A stretch of DNA of 31,637 nt from a virus. Lineage: Duplodnaviria; Caudoviricetes. The stretch spans positions 1 through 31,637 of IMG/VR virus record IMGVR_UViG_3300037319_000051; one strand, given 5' to 3'. This document shows positions 18,248-25,992 of this stretch, one piece after another. Below the pieces are notes generated by a model that made no database searches, was not told where the DNA came from, and saw nothing but the letters and a program-made list of their open reading frames with translations. The position numbers and the translations under genes are program-made. How positions within the stretch are numbered: the stretch's first letter is position 1; every line of letters begins with the position of its first letter.

Positions 18248-19231
18248 TTAAAATAAATCGTCTTCAGTTATTGACTTAGACTTCTTGTTGTAATCTACTG
18301 ACTTCTTGTAGAAAAAATCACCTTCTTTTGTTGAAAGTATTTCTACATCAAACCATAAAGTCTTTTCTATTTCTGCAAAGTCTACTTCAAATACAGGTTT
18401 CATTCCAATTCTTTCTAGTGAATTATTAAATCTGTTTTTAATAAAATGCTTAACTGTTTCTTTTGATAAGAATTCAAGTTCACCGTTTTCAAAAATCCAA
18501 TCTAAAATCTTACACTCTGCTGTATATGCCTTTTGACATGCTGAAGCGATAAGTTGTTCGAATTCTTCATCGAACCATTCTGGATTTTCTGCTTTAATGA
18601 TATTAATTATCTCTGAACCAAAGTTACCGTGAATTTCTTCTTCTTTACTTGTAGCTTCTACTACATTAGAAATTCCTTTGAATAAATTCTTTTCTTTATT
18701 AAAAGACATCATAATGAAGAATTGGCTAAACAAACTAACGTGCTCTATAAATAAAGAAAATAATAGTACTGATTTTGTGTACATTTTATTATCTCTACTT
18801 CTTGTTCCGTCTAAATACTTAGTCAAATACGCAATTCTATCCTTAACTGCAGGAATCTCTACAACGTTTTCAAATTCTTTTTCTAGTCCTAATATTCTAA
18901 GAAGCTGCATATAAGCGTCTTTGTGTCTTACTTCTGATTCTGCAAATGTCATACCGACATCTCCTACTTCAGTTATTGGCATTCTTTTATAAAGATCTGC
19001 CCAAAATGTCTTAACACTTACTTCTATCTGTGCTATCGCAAGCATTGATCTTTTAATTGCTTCACGTTCTTCATTTGAAATTTTAGTTTTAAAATCATCA
19101 ATGTCTGTTGTGAAATTAAATTCAGTGTGAATCCAATATGAGTGTCTAATAGCATCCTTATATGCTAGTAGTTGAGGATAATCATACGGTAAAATGTTTA
19201 CTCTCTTTTCAAAAATGTTCTTTTTGTTCAT
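18248..19231 (-). CDS. nrdB: Class I ribonucleotide reductase beta subunit, class Id-like
   Basis: Ligands E70, E100, H103, E163, E198, H201, plus Y107 and K74; C-terminal DFF..Y..DDLF. Confidence 0.95.
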   Translation of the reverse strand: MNKKNIFEKRVNILPYDYPQLLAYKDAIRHSYWIHTEFNFTTDIDDFKTKISNEEREAIKRSMLAIAQIEVSVKTFWADLYKRMPITEVGDVGMTFAESEVRHKDAYMQLLRILGLEKEFENVVEIPAVKDRIAYLTKYLDGTRSRDNKMYTKSVLLFSLFIEHVSLFSQFFIMMSFNKEKNLFKGISNVVEATSKEEEIHGNFGSEIINIIKAENPEWFDEEFEQLIASACQKAYTAECKILDWIFENGELEFLSKETVKHFIKNRFNNSLERIGMKPVFEVDFAEIEKTLWFDVEILSTKEGDFFYKKSVDYNKKSKSITEDDLF

Positions 19232-19234
19232 GTC

Positions 19235-20638
19235 CTAAATTTCCTTTAATTTTTTTTTGAGATTGTCAGCTTTTGTGAAATATTGATACGATGCATCTTT
19301 GTATTCTACCCTTTGTCCGTATAAATCTGAAAGTATCTTCTTAAGTACCGATTCATCCTTGGAGTATACTACGCCGTTATCACATACAATTACTTCATTA
19401 TCCTTTCTTCTCTCTGTTATTTCATGTTTCTGTACTTGTTCAATGTATGCGTCTGGCGATATATTAAATTGTCTCATTATTGAAGGATATAGTGAAGCAA
19501 AATCAAATGCAGTTACTCCTTCATAATATCCAACTAATGGCTCTTTAACATAAGCTCCAGCGTATTGGGTGCTTTTTTCAAAGTCTTCTTTTTGTTCTGT
19601 TCCAATTCTCATTCCTTGTTCTGCTAGTTTCCTAGCCATCAAGGACTCAGTAACTGCCACGGGAGAAGCGGCTTTATATAAAGGCATTTTAGTAATATTT
19701 GCCAGTGTCAATAGAACTTCCATTGATTTTAATTTCTGGTCTATATAATATACTAATACTGAATCGACAACGTTATAATAAATATATTTAACGAAGTTAT
19801 CTCTATATAAATCTTGCAATCCTCCTGTGTATTTTATCTTTTTAACATTCAATACTTGTCCTGCGACATAGTCAAGTGCGTTAGACTCTTTTACTTTTAC
19901 ACTACGATCATATTTGTCATATAATTGCATGTAATCTAAGATTCCGATATGTAAAGGTCTACTATCGTTTCTATCTAACTTCCCGGTCATACCGACTTGA
20001 GTTATATCTATCTGTAAAATTTTGCTACGGTTTACAATATACTGCCAATCGTAGTTTATAAAATTCCAACCAGTCATCATTGGGAACTTAGGTAAGAACT
20101 TCATTAAGAAAGTATACACCATATCGTACTCACTATTGAACTTATGATATTTAAATTCCCAGTCAGTATCAAAATCAGTAAAGTATTTATTAGTATCATC
20201 TTCAATCTTTTGAATCTTATCAGGAGCCATATCTTCTAAGCCTAATACTATTGCTTTACGGTCTGGTGTAATTATTGAGAATGAAAGTATTCTTGTTTTT
20301 GCTTCCTCTGCTTTTGGAAAACCATCAACAATTTCTGTTTCAATATCTACAAAATATGTTTTAGGTAAATTATATGCTAATATCTCTTCTTTATCTTTTT
20401 CAGGTAATCCGTCTATAAAGTAATTAAGAGAAAACTTATTAAATTGACGGCCATATCCTAGTTTAACAGGACGGCCATCCCAGTTTGTAAATTCTTTACT
20501 TACACCTTTTTCTTTTTCACCACATATATACCAATTTTGGTATTGCGCTATTGGATATTGTTTATATGCAACTTTTCCTTCTTTATCGTAATATGATACA
20601 ATTACATCCTTGTCTCTTTGCTCAATATCTAATATCAT
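19235..20638 (-). CDS. gp43: Family-B DNA polymerase, N-terminal subunit (3'-5' exonuclease, motif A, first finger helix; gp43A-like)
   Basis: ExoI VDIETE, ExoII GWNFINYDWQY, ExoIII YNVVD, YAGAYV, motif A FDFASLYPSI; ends after LSDLYGQRVEYK. Confidence 0.93.
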   Translation of the reverse strand: MILDIEQRDKDVIVSYYDKEGKVAYKQYPIAQYQNWYICGEKEKGVSKEFTNWDGRPVKLGYGRQFNKFSLNYFIDGLPEKDKEEILAYNLPKTYFVDIETEIVDGFPKAEEAKTRILSFSIITPDRKAIVLGLEDMAPDKIQKIEDDTNKYFTDFDTDWEFKYHKFNSEYDMVYTFLMKFLPKFPMMTGWNFINYDWQYIVNRSKILQIDITQVGMTGKLDRNDSRPLHIGILDYMQLYDKYDRSVKVKESNALDYVAGQVLNVKKIKYTGGLQDLYRDNFVKYIYYNVVDSVLVYYIDQKLKSMEVLLTLANITKMPLYKAASPVAVTESLMARKLAEQGMRIGTEQKEDFEKSTQYAGAYVKEPLVGYYEGVTAFDFASLYPSIMRQFNISPDAYIEQVQKHEITERRKDNEVIVCDNGVVYSKDESVLKKILSDLYGQRVEYKDASYQYFTKADNLKKKLKEI

Positions 20639-21105
20639 TAATAGTTGTTTTTCTGTCGTTGTACGTTCTCTTCAGCTTTTGCGAAGTAGTAGTTAAATGC
20701 AGTCTTAGCGTCTAATCCGATAGAAGATGCATAGTTTATAAAGAAGTGTAAAATATCTACCCATTCCATATACAATTCTTTCTTGTCTCCTTCCGACATA
20801 TCAGCTACTTTTAATGTATCGTATTTCTTAAAGTCTTTTTTCCAGTATTTCCATACTGCATTTCCAGAACCATCTTTAATACCTCCAAGTGCGTCTGTCA
20901 TTTCATGAATTTCATCGATTAATGAATGTGTATTCACGTGCCAGAAATCCATTATTTCTCTAATTGTCATGTTATCAAAATTAATGCCATAAGTTTCCTC
21001 TTGCATTTTCTTTTGATTATGCATGATGTCTGCTAAGTGTGTTGTTGAATCTTTATAAAAATCTTTTACTTCTAGATCTTTACATTCATTGTCTATATTT
21101 GCCAT
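20638..21105 (-). CDS. Dimeric all-alpha dUTPase/dCTPase (T4 gp56-like family)
   Basis: DEIHE, WKYWKK, EWVDILHF, K..EN..RQ..NY motifs. Confidence 0.85.
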   Translation of the reverse strand: MANIDNECKDLEVKDFYKDSTTHLADIMHNQKKMQEETYGINFDNMTIREIMDFWHVNTHSLIDEIHEMTDALGGIKDGSGNAVWKYWKKDFKKYDTLKVADMSEGDKKELYMEWVDILHFFINYASSIGLDAKTAFNYYFAKAEENVQRQKNNY

Positions 21106-21108
21106 TTG

Positions 21109-22137
21109 TTATATTTTAAAGGTTATATCAAGATTATTAAAAATGTTTTGTAATTCTTTTTTTTGTCGTGAAATTAAATCTTCTGAGTAAGAACTTATTA
21201 ACTTCTCAACATCAGACTTTGATTTTACATATAGTATATCACGTAAAACCGGATCACTAATTAATTCTTTGTTTGGATCGTATTCTATTTGAATTGCGGC
21301 AAGACAATCAGATGCCATAGTTTCGTAGAACCTGTATGTTATTACATTATCTAAGTGTTCTGCATCTCCTATAATTAAACTTGCTTTACTTTTTGAAATT
21401 GTATCTAATAAAACAGAGTGTTCCATCTTCTTTACAAAAGGTGCATTTACTTTTTTAGTTTTATATCCTATTAGTAAATTGTTTTCGCTATCTGGAAAGT
21501 ATTTTCTAATTTGCTTCTCTCTAAATGCTGCACGATTATCTCCGTAATATATTAAATCATTTTCTTTTTTAGGAGTATCAAAATCAAATAGTGCGTTTGT
21601 TGGAATCGTTTGTTTGATTTCCATTCTTTGCTTAAACATATAAGTAAACCAGTCTAGTTGTTTCCAGTTCTTTGGAGTTCTTCCTAAGAATTTACTAATA
21701 TCTTTACCAGGAAATAAATACGTAGCATTCTCAATCACATCAGACCACTCAGATTCAAGATCTTGGATTAGATTGAATCTCTTCAATTTTTCTACTGGAT
21801 TCAAGAAATCAATACGAGGATCATTTACAAGAGTAAATATCTTTCCTTTATATCCTGCAATTTCACGAGCCACTGATTCTGTATGGGCTCCTACTTGACC
21901 TCCGAAGAAGTTTGCAGTACTTAATTGGATAAATACAGCGTCGTATTGATCCCAGTTTGCTTCGGTGTAATCTACATAGAAATCTAAATCTGCAGTGTTA
22001 CGTCCTTTCTTTCCAATAAGATCTACTTCATAATTGTTTTCTTCTAACAATTGCTTAAAGTATACAATTTCTAAACCTCTGTGATTCTTTTTATTGTATG
22101 TTAGATTTGAAAATACTGATGTGATTGCTACTTTCAT
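21109..22137 (-). CDS. bgt: DNA beta-glucosyltransferase-like (T4 BGT family)
   Basis: Co-linear with T4 BGT motifs: ANFFGG (INFFGG), NDPR (TDIR, catalytic Asp), DLIYYGDNR (DVIYGGSFR), ASLIIGD..DNVITYRFYETMASD (AALIIGD..DNFITLRVWETMASD); similar length. Confidence 0.88.
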   Translation of the reverse strand: MKVAITSVFSNLTYNKKNHRGLEIVYFKQLLEENNYEVDLIGKKGRNTADLDFYVDYTEANWDQYDAVFIQLSTANFFGGQVGAHTESVAREIAGYKGKIFTLVNDPRIDFLNPVEKLKRFNLIQDLESEWSDVIENATYLFPGKDISKFLGRTPKNWKQLDWFTYMFKQRMEIKQTIPTNALFDFDTPKKENDLIYYGDNRAAFREKQIRKYFPDSENNLLIGYKTKKVNAPFVKKMEHSVLLDTISKSKASLIIGDAEHLDNVITYRFYETMASDCLAAIQIEYDPNKELISDPVLRDILYVKSKSDVEKLISSYSEDLISRQKKELQNIFNNLDITFKI

Positions 22138-22138
22138 A

Positions 22139-22408
22139 TTATTTCTTTTCGTTAATGTAATTTTCTAATCCTTGCATGTATGCAACACCATCCATTAAAT
22201 TATCTTTCTTATGGTTATAAGATTCTCTAGAAAACTTTAAAGCGATTAATGCTTTAAACATGTGTTCTCCTGTTACTTCAAAACCTGTCATACCTTGAAA
22301 GATCATTGCTGCTCTATCCATTCCCTCAGAAAAAGGGCCATAGGCCCTGTCTGATTCTTCGCTACGATTGTTTACGATATCGTTTGCTTCTTCTAAAATA
22401 CTTTTCAT
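22139..22408 (-). CDS. DUF6378-like small all-alpha protein (nucleotide-metabolism associated)
   Basis: SILEEANDIV..R..YG..F..ALKFSR..HKKDNLMD..AY pattern. Start reassigned to ATG 22408, downstream of a promoter. Confidence 0.65.
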   Translation of the reverse strand: MKSILEEANDIVNNRSEESDRAYGPFSEGMDRAAMIFQGMTGFEVTGEHMFKALIALKFSRESYNHKKDNLMDGVAYMQGLENYINEKK

Positions 22409-22425
22409 AAAATTACGTTTGGTTG

Positions 22426-22453
22426 TTATACTCGTTTTATTATTTTTGTTTAC
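22426..22453 (-). promoter_or_regulatory. Putative promoter GTAAAC-N17-TATAA (DUF6378-bgt-dCTPase-PolN-nrdBA operon)
   Basis: Exact 17-nt spacer. Confidence 0.65.
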
Positions 22454-22650
22454 ATTTTTGTTAGAGGTACCCATCCATTTGCTGTCATTTTGTGTGGATA
22501 TCCATCAACCATTTGCCAAGATTTTCCTTTAACTTCTTTAGCTAAATTAGCGAGAGCTTTTTTGTTTACAATTTCAAAATCTTCTTTACTTGTTAATGTT
22601 CTACTAAGAATTGGATTCTTTTCCCAAGGGTGTTTTGTGTTGATAGCCAT
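22450..22650 (-). CDS. Small hypothetical protein
   Basis: 66-aa ORF in the small-gene cassette. Confidence 0.65.
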   Translation of the reverse strand: MAINTKHPWEKNPILSRTLTSKEDFEIVNKKALANLAKEVKGKSWQMVDGYPHKMTANGWVPLTKM

Positions 22651-22653
22651 GAT

Positions 22654-22800
22654 TTAGTTTTTATTTAATTTATTTTCAAGTGATATTATTAAGTCTTGCA
22701 TTCCTTCGTTGTATGCCCATTGTGTAGAATCAATAGGATCTTTATAACTAAGAGATTCTGAACCTCTTTCTAGTAATATTAAGATATCTGAGTTTGACAT
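22654..22800 (-). CDS. Small hypothetical protein, 48 aa (not in the ORF track)
   Basis: MSNSDILILLERGSESLSYKDPIDSTQWAYNEGMQDLIISLENKLNKN; fills the gap exactly, with 3-nt spacers on both sides. Confidence 0.65.
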   Translation of the reverse strand: MSNSDILILLERGSESLSYKDPIDSTQWAYNEGMQDLIISLENKLNKN

Positions 22801-22803
22801 AGT

Positions 22804-23145
22804 TTATTTATTCTTTAAAATATATGGCTTATCCCATTTTCCAATTTGAACCCATGTATAAAAACCAGGAATAGATCCGTAATCACCGTCGTGGGTAGAT
22901 TCTCCTTTGTCTTCATTCAAGATAGGCATGATTATAGACAGGAGAGATTGAACTTCCTCGTTGTAGTATTCTGGGCAGAATTCATTTAATTGATTGTAAT
23001 CATGTCCAAGATCATTGGGTCCCTCTACAATTGATACATTGATTCCTGCGTAGTCTTGGTTCGTAACTGAAAGCTTATATTGAGGAAGTGCTTTTTTTAA
23101 TTGCTTTCTTTTAGATGTAATTTGTAGTTTAGTGATGTACGGCAT
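22804..23145 (-). CDS. Early protein, LPD29-like (large polyvalent protein-associated domain)
   Basis: RKQLKKALPQYKLSV..INVSI..DY..FY..IGKWDKPY pattern; family recognised from memory. Confidence 0.5.
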   Translation of the reverse strand: MPYITKLQITSKRKQLKKALPQYKLSVTNQDYAGINVSIVEGPNDLGHDYNQLNEFCPEYYNEEVQSLLSIIMPILNEDKGESTHDGDYGSIPGFYTWVQIGKWDKPYILKNK

Positions 23146-23157
23146 TGTTATGGTGTT

Positions 23158-23238
23158 TTAGTTATATAGTAAATATAATCATTTTATATAATATATTAAA
23201 ACTTTTTGTGATTTGTTTTCACAGAGTTATTAACAATT
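23158..23238 (-). repeat. Intergenic promoter repeat, copy A (TTGTTAATAAC..TATATTTAC..TATAACTAA)
   Basis: About 80-nt imperfect repeat that aligns end to end with 23555-23633. Confidence 0.8.
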
Positions 23239-23539
23239 ATACATTGCAATCATCTCCGTCGTACATTTCATGATCATGCTCTGTATAAACTCTTAAGTTT
23301 AAATACACATTAGCGTTTGATGAATATGCTCCGATATAAGACGTATCGTTTCTAATATCCTTGTCCCATTCAAAACAAAAATCATATTCTTCTTGCGTTA
23401 AATATTCTTGAGTATTCATGATTACTTCAAATCTATCATGGATCTGCTTCTCTGTATATTGAACAGCTTCTTTAGATCCTAATAATTGATCTAATTGTTC
23501 GTTCATTCTTGCAATAACTTCTGGATTTTCGTTTGACAT
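23237..23539 (-). CDS. Acidic hypothetical early protein
   Basis: 100-aa ORF flanked by promoter repeats. Confidence 0.7.
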   Translation of the reverse strand: MSNENPEVIARMNEQLDQLLGSKEAVQYTEKQIHDRFEVIMNTQEYLTQEEYDFCFEWDKDIRNDTSYIGAYSSNANVYLNLRVYTEHDHEMYDGDDCNV

Positions 23540-23554
23540 AATATAGGTTGTTTA

Positions 23555-23633
23555 TTAGTTATAAGTAAATATAATCATTTTTATTGATATATGAAAACCT
23601 TAAGGGTTTAATTTCTAATAGTTATTAACAATT
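23555..23633 (-). repeat. Intergenic promoter repeat, copy B
   Basis: Aligns with copy A. Confidence 0.8.
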
Positions 23634-23878
23634 TAGAAATCAAATATATCATCTTCCACTCTATCTGATGTTACATTACATAGTAAGTCATTATATGCTT
23701 GAGTAGTAAGATTATATTCTTTCAAGATATCTAGTGCAGAAACGTACTCAGGATATCCTATAGCGCAATTATCTGATTGCGTTTGTATTGAAACAGTATC
23801 GATGATATTTAAATCAATCTTATTATATCCATTACATAAAAGAAATTCATTGGTTTCATTAAGAGAAATTACATTCAT
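23633..23878 (-). CDS. Acidic hypothetical early protein
   Basis: 81-aa ORF preceded by promoter copy C. Confidence 0.65.
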   Translation of the reverse strand: MNVISLNETNEFLLCNGYNKIDLNIIDTVSIQTQSDNCAIGYPEYVSALDILKEYNLTTQAYNDLLCNVTSDRVEDDIFDF

Positions 23879-23890
23879 GGCTTATTGCTA

Positions 23891-23910
23891 TTAGTTATAT
23901 GTAAATATAA
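23891..23910 (-). promoter_or_regulatory. Promoter core, copy C (TATATTTACATATAACTAA)
   Basis: Same core as copies A and B; resembles the Bacteroidota -7 element TAnnTTTG. Confidence 0.65.
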
Positions 23911-23912
23911 AC

Positions 23913-23946
23913 AAAAAAAGTGAACCAGAAAAATCCTGACTCACTT
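23913..23946 (-). terminator. Intrinsic terminator ending the cytidylyltransferase-rfbB operon
   Basis: Minus strand AAGTGAGTCAG-GATTTTT-CTGGTTCACTT followed by TTTTT; the stem includes G-U pairs. Confidence 0.75.
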
Positions 23947-23974
23947 ATTTTATAAAAATTTTAGCAACTTCACA

Positions 23975-24193
23975 TTACTCTCCGATTCCTTTATAATATT
24001 TATCTAGAGTAGCTAATCTATCATCAGCGTCTACTAACATCATTAAAGCCTCTTCAGCGTTCTTGTAGAAATCTCCGGTTGAGTGATCTCCGATACCTGC
24101 TCCTTTATCTCCTAAAAGATCTAAAGATAGTTTAGCTTTTGCTTTGTCTGCCATCGCTGAACCTCTTAACATTGTAATTAATAGTGAATTCAT
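23975..24193 (-). CDS. Small helical-hairpin hypothetical protein
   Basis: 72 aa with GIGDH motif, of the kind seen in small T4-like phage proteins; ATGA overlap with rfbB. Confidence 0.7.
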   Translation of the reverse strand: MNSLLITMLRGSAMADKAKAKLSLDLLGDKGAGIGDHSTGDFYKNAEEALMMLVDADDRLATLDKYYKGIGE

Positions 24194-25131
24194 TTGTTTT
24201 TGTTTTTAATTATGTTAACTTGTTTTAATAAAAATTCTTTAAATGAAACAGTTTCCCATTTTGGAAAAAGGTTTCTAACCTTAGAAGAGTTTATTGCGTA
24301 TCTTCTGTCATGTCCTAATCTGTCTTCTACAAATTCGAAGTTAGGCGTCTTTCCTAACATTTCTCCTATCATATTAACGATATCTATATTTTCATAACTT
24401 TCTCCACTTCCTATATTAAGGACTTCTCCTTTTATATCTGATAACATAATTGCATAGATTAAAGATGCATTGTCATCAGAGTCAATCCATTCTCTAATTT
24501 GCTTACCGTCGCCATATACTGGGATAGTTAGATTATTAGATATTGATTTCATTATTTTTGGAATAAACTTTTCTTCGTTCTGGTGTTCTCCGTAGTTATT
24601 ACATGTTCTTGTTATTACATAAGGTAATCCGAATGTCCTTCCACATGCTTCTACTAATAAGTCGCTAGATGCTTTACTTGCTGAATAGTATGATGATCCT
24701 TTAATTACGAAAGATTCGTCAGCTTCTGCTTCTTTGCTTATATCATCCATATCTCCATAAACCTCGTCAGTTGATATATGTATGAACTTCTTTAAGTTAG
24801 GATTCTGTTTGGCACACTCTAAGAGATTAAAGGTTCCTTCGACATTAGTTCTAATAAAAGGTTTTCCATCTTTAATAGAGTTATCTACGTGACTCTCTGC
24901 TGCAAAATGTACCAAGTAGTCATAATCTCCTAGATCCTCTGTTGTAACATCGCATATATCTTTTATTATAACTGGAGTAGGTTCTTTAATGTTATTTGGA
25001 TCTGCAGCGTATGTCATCTTATCTAAAATAACTACTTCATTATTTCCGTCTAGGTGTTTGAAGTTTTTATTTAATAAATTTACAAAAGAAGATCCTATAA
25101 ATCCAAACCCTCCTGTTACGATTACTCTCAT
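24190..25131 (-). CDS. rfbB: dTDP-glucose 4,6-dehydratase (RmlB/RfbB)
   Basis: TGGFGFIG, DKMTYA, AAESHVDNSI, STDEVYG, YSASK, NNYG, DRLGHDRRY motifs. Confidence 0.93.
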   Translation of the reverse strand: MRVIVTGGFGFIGSSFVNLLNKNFKHLDGNNEVVILDKMTYAADPNNIKEPTPVIIKDICDVTTEDLGDYDYLVHFAAESHVDNSIKDGKPFIRTNVEGTFNLLECAKQNPNLKKFIHISTDEVYGDMDDISKEAEADESFVIKGSSYYSASKASSDLLVEACGRTFGLPYVITRTCNNYGEHQNEEKFIPKIMKSISNNLTIPVYGDGKQIREWIDSDDNASLIYAIMLSDIKGEVLNIGSGESYENIDIVNMIGEMLGKTPNFEFVEDRLGHDRRYAINSSKVRNLFPKWETVSFKEFLLKQVNIIKNKNK

Positions 25132-25134
25132 ATC

Positions 25135-25704
25135 TTATAGTAGTTGTTTAATATTTTTCTTGTATTCTTCTTCTGTTAATTTACCTTCTGAGAAACTTGC
25201 TATTTGATCTCGGATCTGTCTCATTAATTTCTGAGCAGGAGAAGTAGTTCCTTCATTTTTAGATCTATCAATTAGTTCTGGATTTTGTTTTACAGTTTGT
25301 ATTGTAATAAGATCCTTTAGTTTAGTTGTAGACCACCCGTGAGATCTTGTAGTGTATATTACCTCTGGACTTAAATCGTCTCCTGAAAAACTTTTACCGA
25401 TGTAATCATCTCCTAATATTCTAATATCTGGCTTATAAAATTCTATTAGCTTTATTAAATCTTCTTCAGTTTGATATGTAACAACCTCATCAATATATCT
25501 AATAGCCATAAGAGTTTTATATCTCTCGTATAATGGAATAACAGGTTTGTATTTTGTGAATCTTGTTTCTGATGGATCTATCTGTAAAAAAACCATGAAG
25601 TAATCACAGTGTTGTTTAGCAGTTTCAAAGGTATATATGTAACCAGGATGTAGAAGGTCGAAATTACCTGCTGTAAAGCCTATCTTTCTTTTTGTATTAC
25701 TCAT
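25135..25704 (-). CDS. TagD/RfaE-type cytidylyltransferase
   Basis: AGNFDLLHPGY (HxGH variant), KP..ER, YIDEV, GDDY, RSHGWSTT motifs. Confidence 0.85.
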   Translation of the reverse strand: MSNTKRKIGFTAGNFDLLHPGYIYTFETAKQHCDYFMVFLQIDPSETRFTKYKPVIPLYERYKTLMAIRYIDEVVTYQTEEDLIKLIEFYKPDIRILGDDYIGKSFSGDDLSPEVIYTTRSHGWSTTKLKDLITIQTVKQNPELIDRSKNEGTTSPAQKLMRQIRDQIASFSEGKLTEEEYKKNIKQLL

Positions 25705-25940
25705 ATGTTACTTTCTTTTAATGCTAGATAAAAGTAAAGTTGCTTAGATATATCCTGTATGATATCATCAGGGTATGTATCGTTGATAGCTAACATTAAT
25801 ATAAAATGATCTGTCATCGCTTTAGCGGTTTCTAAATGAGACTCTGTAATACATGAGTCTATTACTTTTGTTACCTTATTGAGGGCGTCTTCTGACCACT
25901 TTTCGTAGTTTTCTGGTTTAAATAAGAATTGGTTGTTCAT
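25701..25940 (-). CDS. Hypothetical protein
   Basis: 79 aa; first gene after a promoter; ATGA overlap with the next gene. Confidence 0.7.
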   Translation of the reverse strand: MNNQFLFKPENYEKWSEDALNKVTKVIDSCITESHLETAKAMTDHFILMLAINDTYPDDIIQDISKQLYFYLALKESNI

Positions 25941-25959
25941 TTACGTGTCTTGTTAAATT

Positions 25960-25992
25960 AAGAATGCTCTGTAGTTTATACAGAGCATTCTT
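25960..25992. repeat. Perfect inverted repeat with 14-bp arms and a 5-nt loop
   Basis: AAGAATGCTCTGTA-GTTTA-TACAGAGCATTCTT. Confidence 0.9.

Noticed and set aside
19250-19258. A9 run near the end of PolN as a programmed frameshift extending the polymerase
   Set aside because: The shifted frames close within a few codons and contain no polymerase motifs.
15560-19300. Split intein or intron joining the two polymerase halves
   Set aside because: There is no Cys/Ser-initiated intein N-block at the end of PolN and no His-Asn-Cys/Ser junction at the start of PolC. The intervening DNA is occupied by ordinary genes, and no group I/II intron core is recognisable.
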